From Meyerozyma guilliermondii (taxonomy: Eukaryota): a stretch of 64,000 nucleotides of DNA. Made by a program: the position numbers and the translations under genes. The first letter of the stretch is position 1. Every line of letters begins with the position of its first letter. A model generated the notes under the pieces. It did not search any database and was not told where the DNA came from. It was given only the letters and a program-made list of their open reading frames with translations. The stretch covers positions 868,001 to 932,000 of the forward strand of contig CP128817.1 of the NCBI GenBank assembly GCA_051546255.1. Direction: 5' to 3'. Shown one piece after another: positions 1-9,715 of this stretch.

Positions 1-961
1 CCTCGGGTTCTTGGCGACGGTTGAAGTTGGCTGCCAGTTCGCGAGAATTAGGAAGAATCCGGCGCTTATAGTACTTCATTCTAGCCTTGAAGTCCTTGGT
101 GAGGGTATCCAAAAGCTCGTTGAATTCGTCGCCAAACAGAATGGTGCCATCTTCGGACTCGGTCCGCTTGGGTTGGGGTTCGTGAGTCGCGGGTGGATCT
201 GAAGGCACCGCTATTACCATCGGCACCGTGATCGGGAACGCATCGGTGGCACGTCCAATACGAAGATTGGCAGACCCAGGTTGTATGACTATGGTGTCGT
301 AGCCCTGTTTGGCCTTATCTTCGCTGACATCGTTATCGTCATCTTCGTCGTCTTCGTCATCGTCGTCATTCTCCAAAGCCACCGAGGCTGCTGCCGCTGC
401 CTCAGCTTCCGCCTCAGCCTTGGCCTTGGCCTCTTCCTGGGCTTTCTTCTTCATTTCCGCCTCGATGTCGCCCAAATTGTAGTCGTCGAACGACTGCACC
501 GCATCGTCTTTTTTGATGGTTTTCTCGATGTTTTTCATCTTTTGCTGGAGCACCTTCTCCATCCGCCAGTTGCGCACAAACAGGATCTGCTCATCTTTCT
601 TCAAGTAGTCGGTGAAGTAGTTCTTTTGGTTGATCAATGGAATCGATCGGATGGTGGTCAACCTGAACTTGTTCTCCTTTTCAAACCGACCAATGCCAGC
701 TTTCTTAAGGCTTTGCGCAATCGTGGCTGCAGCCTTCCTTCGGCCTTCCTTCCGTCGCTGGAGCACTTCTGCTGAGGTTTTTTTCGGCACTTTTTTGCGT
801 TTTTTGTCAGGGCTGTCATCGTTGGCGTCTTGTTCAGGCGGCTCGGACGACCGCGGAAGGTCCAAAACGTCGTTGGGCTCCAGTTTCGGTTCTATGGGTT
901 CCAGAAACGGTTCCATAGGCTCCAGTCTGGGCTCGGCGGGATTGTCCATATTGGGGTCCAT
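1..961 (-). CDS. ARP8: Actin-related protein Arp8 (INO80 complex), 5' part; runs off the window start
   Basis: Manual translation from ATG at 961 (not in the ORF track because it has no stop in the window) gives LINQKNYFTDYLKKDEQ, TIVIQPGSANLRIGRATDAFPITVPMVIAVP and FKARMKYYKRRILPNS, which are typical fungal Arp8 segments. Confidence 0.9.
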   Translation of the reverse strand, partial: MDPNMDNPAEPRLEPMEPFLEPIEPKLEPNDVLDLPRSSEPPEQDANDDSPDKKRKKVPKKTSAEVLQRRKEGRRKAAATIAQSLKKAGIGRFEKENKFRLTTIRSIPLINQKNYFTDYLKKDEQILFVRNWRMEKVLQQKMKNIEKTIKKDDAVQSFDDYNLGDIEAEMKKKAQEEAKAKAEAEAEAAAAASVALENDDDDEDDEDDDNDVSEDKAKQGYDTIVIQPGSANLRIGRATDAFPITVPMVIAVPSDPPATHEPQPKRTESEDGTILFGDEFNELLDTLTKDFKARMKYYKRRILPNSRELAANFNRRQEPE

Positions 962-1067
962 GGGTTCCGTTAACGTGAGAGGTGAGAAATTCGCGAACAT
1001 TGATACAGGTAGACAGGAAATTTATTGACAGGGTACTTTGGTACTTTATCGATAGGTTTATTATGTA

Positions 1068-2333
1068 TCAGTAGTCCAACGGCTTCTTCGCCGGTTTCTT
1101 CTTCTCCTTCTTATGCTTGGCCATGGCCATGATATCGGACTTTGTCCGCGACTCGTTGTCGAAATCCCACAACTTTTTTTTCCACTCTGCGAGAGTACTG
1201 TGCATTTCAAAGAGTCTCGAAAGGTCCTTTTTGTCGCCATTGTTGCGCTTCGGGTGTGTCTTGAGCGTGCTGTACAACCGCTCGTACTCCTGGTACTTTG
1301 CCCGGAACTTGATAGCGAGATTGGCGTAATACTGGGTTCTTTTCGTTGCTCGGTCGTCGTCGTCTCCGGAATCGTCAATTGACGACGGCGATGTGCATTC
1401 GGTATCGCTTTTTTTGCGTTTTCTGCGCTCGTCGTCGTCCGAAGACGACACATCCGACCTCCGTTTAAGCGGCGAGGCGCTCACGGGTCGATTGGGGCTC
1501 TTGGATGTGAGAAGTCCTCCGCCCAAAGCGAGCTTTTTCGGGACGATTTCTCCCTCTTGCGGCTGGTCGCAAATCTTGCGGCGTAAAGGGTGGGTTTCCA
1601 GAAACCCGAGCCGTGTCAATGCGTTGTGGGTGTTTTTCAACACAAATTGGCGCTCGTCGTCGGAATAATTCCACTGCCACGGCCGTAATTCCTTGTAGGC
1701 TCGATCTTTGAGCACGAAATGATCATGGGCCTTCACCGCATTGTATGCAAACACATCTCCACCGGTAAACACGTCGGCGGGGTTGTATGGCTGGGTATAG
1801 TTGGCGATGAACCCGTCTACCACCTTGGCGGGGGCTCGCAATTGTCGCTCCAATTCGTCTCTGGTGGCCGGTCCGAGCGCCAAAAACGCCATGAGGGTTG
1901 CGATGATGTCGGACGAGCTGTTGGACCCGCTGGCGTCTGCCAGAATCACGTAGGGGGCGTAATTTTTCGGGCGTTGCTGACGGACTGCTGGCAGCGCCGA
2001 TGCAGGTCGTTGTGGAAGTGTTGGCGATGGAAGTACCGTGGTTTGAGGCCGACGAATGTGGTCTCTGATGAGTTTTTTATCGGTTATTACCGTCAATTTC
2101 GACGTAACACTGCCCAAAAAATGATTTTTGTCGTAAATCTCCATGGGCGAATTTTCCAGTTGTGAAGAACAGGGGTACTCCTGTGTTGGCGAAAGCCGTA
2201 TGGACACCTGACCATCGCGGACGACAAGCTTGGGACTCGATTTGGCGGTTTTGACACTTTTTATAAAGTCAGAATTTAGCCGGAAAGCGACAGTCACACC
2301 GCCTGAAGACGGGACCAAGGTGTACGAGTTCAT
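1068..2333 (-). CDS. ELL-like RNA polymerase II elongation factor (ELL winged-helix region plus C-terminal occludin/ELL domain)
   Basis: First ATG at 2333 (421 aa). Central LKDRAYKELRPWQWNYSDDERQ and C-terminal LAIKFRAKYQEYERLY...LFEMHSTLAEWKKKLW resemble fungal ELL proteins. Confidence 0.65.
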   Translation of the reverse strand: MNSYTLVPSSGGVTVAFRLNSDFIKSVKTAKSSPKLVVRDGQVSIRLSPTQEYPCSSQLENSPMEIYDKNHFLGSVTSKLTVITDKKLIRDHIRRPQTTVLPSPTLPQRPASALPAVRQQRPKNYAPYVILADASGSNSSSDIIATLMAFLALGPATRDELERQLRAPAKVVDGFIANYTQPYNPADVFTGGDVFAYNAVKAHDHFVLKDRAYKELRPWQWNYSDDERQFVLKNTHNALTRLGFLETHPLRRKICDQPQEGEIVPKKLALGGGLLTSKSPNRPVSASPLKRRSDVSSSDDDERRKRKKSDTECTSPSSIDDSGDDDDRATKRTQYYANLAIKFRAKYQEYERLYSTLKTHPKRNNGDKKDLSRLFEMHSTLAEWKKKLWDFDNESRTKSDIMAMAKHKKEKKKPAKKPLDY

Positions 2334-2997
2334 AAGCTGTGAAGGTTTGCAAAGTCTATTCAAAGTCTGTGATGATTAGCGGAATGAAACGTTCTAGCAA
2401 AAGACGTTGAGTAGCCAACAATTTTGTGGAAAACTTATTAATGGGAAGAAATAAAAAAAATGGTGTACACCTCCTGACTAAATCATTCCAGCCTTTCCTA
2501 ATCAGGATCCGATCAATGTGCGCAACGGTGCGGCAGGCTGCGGGGGACGACGGGCAAAGTCCTGATACGAGGGGTTTTTGTGCGCGACCCGGCGGAGATT
2601 ATAGAAGTGGTAACGGAGTTTAAGGTGAAAAAGTGGACTACAGGATATAAGTGGATTGACAGGAAAGACCTGTCTTATCGGGTGGTCCGCGCTCATAATT
2701 TGCAACAGGCAACGGAAAAAAGAAGAGTAGAAAGGAAGTTAAAAGAGAGTAGAAAGGGACAGAGACAAAGGTATAAGAATATTTTAATGGTATTAGAATG
2801 GTATTAATGGTATATGTGGTATATATGTTGGTCTCTTCGCATCTTTTCACCAATTTCCTGTTCTTTTTTTTTCATTTTCTCGTCTCGTTTCTACTCTCAT
2901 TCTACCCACTACCAATGCTTTACGCTGTATACGTTAACTTCTTACATGATACACTTCCTCCTTACGTCTCTCTTTCCTTTCCTTTCTTTCCCTCTCT

Positions 2998-3678
2998 TCA
3001 GAACCCTAAAAACTCCCTCCACGTGGACCACGATTCCATCTCCACATCGTAGATATATGCCATCGAATGGCGCAACGAGCTCTGTAAATACTGCGGATGG
3101 GTGTCGTAGAACAACATTACAAGACCCCATGTCGCCACAGCAAAGTATTTCCACAGACTGTTGTAAATTCCATGTTTGAGCTTCTTTTGCTGGTGGTCGG
3201 TGAGGTCTCGGAATGCTACTTTATCGGCACCAATAGTGAACGTTGGTTGGGCACAATGAAGGTATTTGTCCAACGCTATCTTTCCCGACGCCAATAACAC
3301 TCTGGAAAAGCAATATAACGTGATTTGGTGGGTTATTCCCGGATGAAAATATGGAAAGTGTTGAGAATAAACGATCCATGCTCCAAAACTTCCAGCTAAA
3401 AATTTCACCAACCCCTTGGATCCCCCCAATACTTGGTCATGCAGCAACACCTTCACCGCCAACTGGTAAATCGTGGCAAAAGCCGCCAAAACTTCTGCGT
3501 GAGATTTGGTGGCTTGAAGAACCTGAGTCAAACGTGGTTTTAATGGTCCCAGACGGTACAAGAGATTGATGACCAAAGCATGTGAGAACCGGAGCTTTCC
3601 GCCGTACACAACACCGTTTCTGGCGGACCGAAGCGCCTCCAAAAGTGGCCGATATAATGGATTGTCTAAAACCGTCAT
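2998..3678 (-). CDS. Peroxisomal membrane protein 4 (PXMP4/PMP24, Tim17 family)
   Basis: RSARNGVVYGGKLRFSHALV, ITLYCFSRV and WGLVMLFY...LQSSLRHSMAYIY motifs; first ATG at 3678. Confidence 0.85.
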   Translation of the reverse strand: MTVLDNPLYRPLLEALRSARNGVVYGGKLRFSHALVINLLYRLGPLKPRLTQVLQATKSHAEVLAAFATIYQLAVKVLLHDQVLGGSKGLVKFLAGSFGAWIVYSQHFPYFHPGITHQITLYCFSRVLLASGKIALDKYLHCAQPTFTIGADKVAFRDLTDHQQKKLKHGIYNSLWKYFAVATWGLVMLFYDTHPQYLQSSLRHSMAYIYDVEMESWSTWREFLGF

Positions 3679-4496
3679 GGACAAATAAATAATAACAGAC
3701 GACTACTTTCTTGAAAAGTTTATTTTACAGCCTGAAACTTGGCTTGGAGCTTCTTCACAGTGTCTGCTTTGCTATACTTTTTCCTCGACGTCCTCAAGTC
3801 CGTCAAAGCTGTTTTGAACCGGTGGTCTTTCAACTTTAGTATACGTGAATCCTCAGAAATCAAATTGTGGGGGACGGCTTGTCTGCAGTACCGAGAATCG
3901 CAATTAAGCCGAGTTATGTGCAGGAGCGATTCTTCGATCAAGCATAGCTTGCTGTGTTTGCTGGTGTGGTTTTCTGTCTGGTAGATAACAGCCTACGGCA
4001 CAATTTTCAGAAACACCGGATTTTAGTTTTTTTGGTTGGCGGGTGGTTGTGATGGTACCACGGTTACGCAGTCCGTGGGCACGTGCGTAACTTCCAGACC
4101 ACTCTATTCTGTTGCCGTATACAGGATGCCGTCCCGTGATACACAAATTTTTTTTTCAGCCAAATTTACCATTCAGACCCACTTGCCAATCTCCAGTCGA
4201 TTTTTCTGCGCCTTTTTTTGCAGATATTTGTACTTTTGAATAGTGGCATCGTTACCCTATCTATTCTTCATCCCAACCGTGAAGTCACAACACTTCATTT
4301 TTGCATTTTCAACGTTCTTCCGTCTGGCTTTCACCGTCGTTTGAAATACACGACAACGTTTTTTTCCAATTGACGCCTGATCCTACCGTATTTAAGGTTG
4401 CTTGCGTCTCCAGTATAATCAAAACCCTGGTTTTTTGACTGACCTCAAATTTTTGGTCATCTAAACTTTTGCTCAACCACCTTGTCGGTCGCCACC

Positions 4497-5705
4497 ATGT
4501 CAGTTTCTTACGCCAATATTGCCGCCACCGGTTCCAATTCCGAATCACAGACATCCACGCCGGTGTCGGAGGTGGCTTCCTTGGAAGTAAATGACACGGA
4601 AGTGCAAACTTCACCAAACAACTCGGAAACCACCACGGTTCCAATCGAACAACCCACTCAAGAAAAACCAAAAAAGACGTTGGCCCCTGCTCCTGTTCCC
4701 ACAAAATCGGTATGGGGAAGTACCGTGAGTCCTCATAATATTTCTGTGGATGAGAACAAGTGGCCAACTCCAGATAAGGTCAAATTGGAACAAGAAACCG
4801 CATCGAAACCACTGCAAAAATTTATCAAACCGGTCACCAACAAGTGGGTTCCTATCAACGCCAAGGTCACTCTTGCCAGTCCTCGGCCTGGTTCTCAAAA
4901 GCCACGCAACCGCAAGAAGCGTCAAGGTCAAAATCAAACCCTGGCTTCTGCTCATACTGTGGTTCCTCATTCTCCACCTCTGACTGAATCTCTGTCTCCA
5001 TCCACCCAATCGCCTTCTAGCCAGGCTACGCAATCTTCGCAATCTCCCAAGGTCTCGGAAGACGAAAAAAGCAACGGCCAGCAAAAAAACTTTCGACGTT
5101 TTAACGGCAATGGAAGCCCTCAATTCAAACCTCGTTTTGGAAGTCCTCAACAACCACCGCAATTTTTCCCCCAGGGTCAGGGGCAAAACGGCTTCTATCA
5201 TCCTCAGCCTTACCAAAACTTTCAAGGGTATCCTCGTGGCCAATACAGGGCTCCTAGAAATGGTGCACCAATCATTAATGGAGGATTTGTTCCCGCACCA
5301 TTTGCTAATGGTATGATGGGGTACCCCCACACGCAAATTCCTCCACCAATCTCTCCCAAACAGGACCCACTGGAAGCTTTGACCCAGCAAATCGACTACT
5401 ACTTTTCCTTGGAAAATTTGATCAAAGACATCTTCTTAAGAAAGCATATGCATGAACAAGACGGTTGGGTACCTTTGTCATTGATCTTGAACTTTAAGCG
5501 GGTCAAAATCATTCTTAATGGCATCCAAAATAGCTCGGATCTGCCTAATGTCGATCAAGATGCCGTTGTGTTGGCTTCACTTGATCATTGCAAAAATTTG
5601 GATATCGACTACGTGAACGGTAAGACCAAGGAAACTGCCACTGTAGCCGATATCAACCTTCGTGTCAAGGATAACTACAAGCAGTGGTTGCTTCCTGAAG
5701 CCTAG
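4497..5705 (+). CDS. SRO9: La-motif RNA-binding protein (Sro9/Slf1, LARP1 family)
   Basis: La motif QQIDYYFSLENLIKDIFLRKHM...GWVPLSLILNFKRVK, an LAPAPVPTKSVW segment and a KWVPI motif. ATG at 4497 in a GCCACCATG context. SRO9 versus SLF1 naming cannot be distinguished. Confidence 0.85.
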   Translation: MSVSYANIAATGSNSESQTSTPVSEVASLEVNDTEVQTSPNNSETTTVPIEQPTQEKPKKTLAPAPVPTKSVWGSTVSPHNISVDENKWPTPDKVKLEQETASKPLQKFIKPVTNKWVPINAKVTLASPRPGSQKPRNRKKRQGQNQTLASAHTVVPHSPPLTESLSPSTQSPSSQATQSSQSPKVSEDEKSNGQQKNFRRFNGNGSPQFKPRFGSPQQPPQFFPQGQGQNGFYHPQPYQNFQGYPRGQYRAPRNGAPIINGGFVPAPFANGMMGYPHTQIPPPISPKQDPLEALTQQIDYYFSLENLIKDIFLRKHMHEQDGWVPLSLILNFKRVKIILNGIQNSSDLPNVDQDAVVLASLDHCKNLDIDYVNGKTKETATVADINLRVKDNYKQWLLPEA

Positions 5706-5789
5706 GAAGTAATTCCAGCGGCCTAATTAACCCAAAAAAAGAACCAGTAATAGAAATTGTTTTACTATTCTACCTAGAATAGCTTCGTC

Positions 5790-5798
5790 ATATATATA
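5790..5798. terminator. TATATA-type 3'-end efficiency element between convergent SRO9 and BOR1; repeated in every unit
   Basis: ATATATATA lies about 30 nt past the BOR1 stop and about 85 nt past the SRO9 stop. Confidence 0.55.
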
Positions 5799-5829
5799 GC
5801 TTAGCACTCCACTATGGAAATAGACACCA

Positions 5830-7521
5830 TTAACCATCCAGATCGGTGCTCCGCGGACCTAGCTGGGCAATCTCAATGTCGCTTTCGCTAGCCAGTTGCT
5901 TCTCTTTAATTTGGCTGAAAACCTCCAAATTCTTGACGATTTTTTCATCAGCAACTTCAGAGTCGAGAGCATTGAGGTACTCCCGAGGGATAATTAACGG
6001 CCAAACCCATTCGGCACAAATGGCAAAAAACATTAATACTCCAGGAAATCCCACGGCGCCTTTTGTCAAGGTGATTCCAAACTCGAAACCAAACGCTATT
6101 AGTTGCAAAATCAAGTAGATGTAGAAATACTTTTTGCTTGGAGTTTTGTCAATTTGGCGGAAAACTTCCGGGCAATTGGGATCGTTTTCGATGTAATCGT
6201 GGTCCATGAAAAGGTAGCGAATTCGGTTGGTGATAATATTGCCGTGAAGGCCAGTAATACCCATGATGAAAAAAAGACCCGAAAGAACTGCCTGAGGAAT
6301 AAGTCCTAATACCACCAAGAACGGTCGAGACATCATTGCAAACGTCATAATACCCTGAACTGTGTTGGTTATGCGCTGCTCAACCACCGACAATGCCTTT
6401 CCAGTACGGTGATCGTGAACCACTAGAGATTCGGTATGGAGAGGAGCCTGTGGAATTAACCCATTCGGAGCAGGAAATCCCAAAATTCCAGCGATTCCAG
6501 TGGTGAGTCCCAATAATGCAAAGTCCCAGTGAAACGCCGACGGTTTTTTGAGGGGGTATTCCTTCAGTTGTGCCATCAATGACGAAACATTGTGGTCAAA
6601 GTAGAAGAGAAACGTGAGCAAAATAGCAAATGGAACAGCAAGAAACACATCTCCCACGCTGATATTTTCCAGGGGCCAGAAATGAATAAACCAGCCGTGG
6701 GGTCTTGCTTCTCCCGATAAAGTTGGAGCAAAAGATTTGGTAATGGGTAATCTTGCGAGTTCTGTTTTCTCCAAAAATCCACCAAAGTGAATAAATCCGG
6801 TGAAAAAAATCACAGAAGCCGGAACCCCGTAGTCCACAAAAATCTTGCGCACAACTGGGTTAAAGTAGTGGAGCTGAGACCCGAATATGTGGCTTCCAAC
6901 TCCACAGGCTACCATCAAAAGGGCAATCATTACCGAAGCGTAACCCGATGCCAAATCGACATGATGGAATTGACCATTAAGAAGCTGGATAGCCTTTTGA
7001 ATATACACCACGCAGATGAAGAACCCAAACACATCGCACGAGTACAGACTGATGATTTTGAGGAAAGAAACCGAGTTGGTGAATGCAAGAATGAAGTGGA
7101 AAATCATCGACCATAAGTATATCCAGCACATAAATGGAAAATAAGGGGTTCCTCGCGGTCCAATGAGCTCGTACACGGTATAGCTAAAGATGGAGATGGG
7201 TCCGGTAACTCCAACTATACACAAAGGTTGACCGGAGAAAAGACCAAATGCGACTCCAGCAAACGCCAGACTCATCAACACTTCATTCACCCCATACGAG
7301 TTTTCTGTCTTGTCAAACATGTCCTGCGCAAACGCGATGGCGGGAAGAAGGTTTGTAAAGAATATGTAGGTTGTAGAAGGAACCACACGGTAATTCCAGG
7401 CATCAGTGAAATCGGACTTGTAGTATGGTAGTCGAGTTCTGACATCGTTGAGGACTCCGTAACCAACATATTTGAAGCTGCGGAGCCACAGAAGGCTAGG
7501 TACCCAATTTCGGGCGGGCAT
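5830..7521 (-). CDS. BOR1: Borate exporter Bor1 (SLC4/band-3 family), copy 1 of 11
   Basis: 563 aa from ATG at 7521. Motifs RLPYYKSDFTDAWNYR, FTNLLPAIAFAQDM, GQPLCIVGVTGP, LFYFDHNVSS, FHWDF, PNGLIPQAPLHT and VVEQRITN. Confidence 0.95.
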   Translation of the reverse strand: MPARNWVPSLLWLRSFKYVGYGVLNDVRTRLPYYKSDFTDAWNYRVVPSTTYIFFTNLLPAIAFAQDMFDKTENSYGVNEVLMSLAFAGVAFGLFSGQPLCIVGVTGPISIFSYTVYELIGPRGTPYFPFMCWIYLWSMIFHFILAFTNSVSFLKIISLYSCDVFGFFICVVYIQKAIQLLNGQFHHVDLASGYASVMIALLMVACGVGSHIFGSQLHYFNPVVRKIFVDYGVPASVIFFTGFIHFGGFLEKTELARLPITKSFAPTLSGEARPHGWFIHFWPLENISVGDVFLAVPFAILLTFLFYFDHNVSSLMAQLKEYPLKKPSAFHWDFALLGLTTGIAGILGFPAPNGLIPQAPLHTESLVVHDHRTGKALSVVEQRITNTVQGIMTFAMMSRPFLVVLGLIPQAVLSGLFFIMGITGLHGNIITNRIRYLFMDHDYIENDPNCPEVFRQIDKTPSKKYFYIYLILQLIAFGFEFGITLTKGAVGFPGVLMFFAICAEWVWPLIIPREYLNALDSEVADEKIVKNLEVFSQIKEKQLASESDIEIAQLGPRSTDLDG

Positions 7522-7772
7522 TAACAAAAGAAAATTGTTTTTGAAGGGGAGAAACTATTAGCAAATAAGTGGGTTAAGTGAGAATTGACTGCTAAATCCG
7601 GCACCTAACTCCGATTAGATGGTGCGGCGATTGATTTTAGACCACGAGGTGGAAAATTTACGAGGTTCTTTTACCGGTAATTTACGAGTATATGGGACTT
7701 AAGGGAGTTATTCTACCTAGAATAGCTTCGTCATATATATAGCTTAGCACTCCACTATGGAAATAGACACCA

Positions 7773-9464
7773 TTAACCATCCAGATCGGTGCTCCGCGGA
7801 CCTAGCTGGGCAATCTCAATGTCGCTTTCGCTAGCCAGTTGCTTCTCTTTAATTTGGCTGAAAACCTCCAAATTCTTGACGATTTTTTCATCAGCAACTT
7901 CAGAGTCGAGAGCATTGAGGTACTCCCGAGGGATAATTAACGGCCAAACCCATTCGGCACAAATGGCAAAAAACATTAATACTCCAGGAAATCCCACGGC
8001 GCCTTTTGTCAAGGTGATTCCAAACTCGAAACCAAACGCTATTAGTTGCAAAATCAAGTAGATGTAGAAATACTTTTTGCTTGGAGTTTTGTCAATTTGG
8101 CGGAAAACTTCCGGGCAATTGGGATCGTTTTCGATGTAATCGTGGTCCATGAAAAGGTAGCGAATTCGGTTGGTGATAATATTGCCGTGAAGGCCAGTAA
8201 TACCCATGATGAAAAAAAGACCCGAAAGAACTGCCTGAGGAATAAGTCCTAATACCACCAAGAACGGTCGAGACATCATTGCAAACGTCATAATACCCTG
8301 AACTGTGTTGGTTATGCGCTGCTCAACCACCGACAATGCCTTTCCAGTACGGTGATCGTGAACCACTAGAGATTCGGTATGGAGAGGAGCCTGTGGAATT
8401 AACCCATTCGGAGCAGGAAATCCCAAAATTCCAGCGATTCCAGTGGTGAGTCCCAATAATGCAAAGTCCCAGTGAAACGCCGACGGTTTTTTGAGGGGGT
8501 ATTCCTTCAGTTGTGCCATCAATGACGAAACATTGTGGTCAAAGTAGAAGAGAAACGTGAGCAAAATAGCAAATGGAACAGCAAGAAACACATCTCCCAC
8601 GCTGATATTTTCCAGGGGCCAGAAATGAATAAACCAGCCGTGGGGTCTTGCTTCTCCCGATAAAGTTGGAGCAAAAGATTTGGTAATGGGTAATCTTGCG
8701 AGTTCTGTTTTCTCCAAAAATCCACCAAAGTGAATAAATCCGGTGAAAAAAATCACAGAAGCCGGAACCCCGTAGTCCACAAAAATCTTGCGCACAACTG
8801 GGTTAAAGTAGTGGAGCTGAGACCCGAATATGTGGCTTCCAACTCCACAGGCTACCATCAAAAGGGCAATCATTACCGAAGCGTAACCCGATGCCAAATC
8901 GACATGATGGAATTGACCATTAAGAAGCTGGATAGCCTTTTGAATATACACCACGCAGATGAAGAACCCAAACACATCGCACGAGTACAGACTGATGATT
9001 TTGAGGAAAGAAACCGAGTTGGTGAATGCAAGAATGAAGTGGAAAATCATCGACCATAAGTATATCCAGCACATAAATGGAAAATAAGGGGTTCCTCGCG
9101 GTCCAATGAGCTCGTACACGGTATAGCTAAAGATGGAGATGGGTCCGGTAACTCCAACTATACACAAAGGTTGACCGGAGAAAAGACCAAATGCGACTCC
9201 AGCAAACGCCAGACTCATCAACACTTCATTCACCCCATACGAGTTTTCTGTCTTGTCAAACATGTCCTGCGCAAACGCGATGGCGGGAAGAAGGTTTGTA
9301 AAGAATATGTAGGTTGTAGAAGGAACCACACGGTAATTCCAGGCATCAGTGAAATCGGACTTGTAGTATGGTAGTCGAGTTCTGACATCGTTGAGGACTC
9401 CGTAACCAACATATTTGAAGCTGCGGAGCCACAGAAGGCTAGGTACCCAATTTCGGGCGGGCAT
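7773..9464 (-). CDS. BOR1: Borate exporter Bor1, copy 2
   Basis: Translation identical to copy 1, offset 1943 bp. Confidence 0.95.
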   Translation of the reverse strand: MPARNWVPSLLWLRSFKYVGYGVLNDVRTRLPYYKSDFTDAWNYRVVPSTTYIFFTNLLPAIAFAQDMFDKTENSYGVNEVLMSLAFAGVAFGLFSGQPLCIVGVTGPISIFSYTVYELIGPRGTPYFPFMCWIYLWSMIFHFILAFTNSVSFLKIISLYSCDVFGFFICVVYIQKAIQLLNGQFHHVDLASGYASVMIALLMVACGVGSHIFGSQLHYFNPVVRKIFVDYGVPASVIFFTGFIHFGGFLEKTELARLPITKSFAPTLSGEARPHGWFIHFWPLENISVGDVFLAVPFAILLTFLFYFDHNVSSLMAQLKEYPLKKPSAFHWDFALLGLTTGIAGILGFPAPNGLIPQAPLHTESLVVHDHRTGKALSVVEQRITNTVQGIMTFAMMSRPFLVVLGLIPQAVLSGLFFIMGITGLHGNIITNRIRYLFMDHDYIENDPNCPEVFRQIDKTPSKKYFYIYLILQLIAFGFEFGITLTKGAVGFPGVLMFFAICAEWVWPLIIPREYLNALDSEVADEKIVKNLEVFSQIKEKQLASESDIEIAQLGPRSTDLDG

Positions 9465-9715
9465 TAACAAAAGAAAATTGTTTTTGAAGGGGAGAAACTA
9501 TTAGCAAATAAGTGGGTTAAGTGAGAATTGACTGCTAAATCCGGCACCTAACTCCGATTAGATGGTGCGGCGATTGATTTTAGACCACGAGGTGGAAAAT
9601 TTACGAGGTTCTTTTACCGGTAATTTACGAGTATATGGGACTTAAGGGAGTTATTCTACCTAGAATAGCTTCGTCATATATATAGCTTAGCACTCCACTA
9701 TGGAAATAGACACCA

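Noticed and set aside
3720..3941. 73-aa basic ORF on the minus strand
   Set aside because: Starts at TTG with no ATG, no convincing splice donor and no recognisable family.
5846..7469. Six short ORFs recurring in every repeat unit
   Set aside because: They are antisense or out-of-frame shadows of BOR1, and their recurrence only reflects the duplication.
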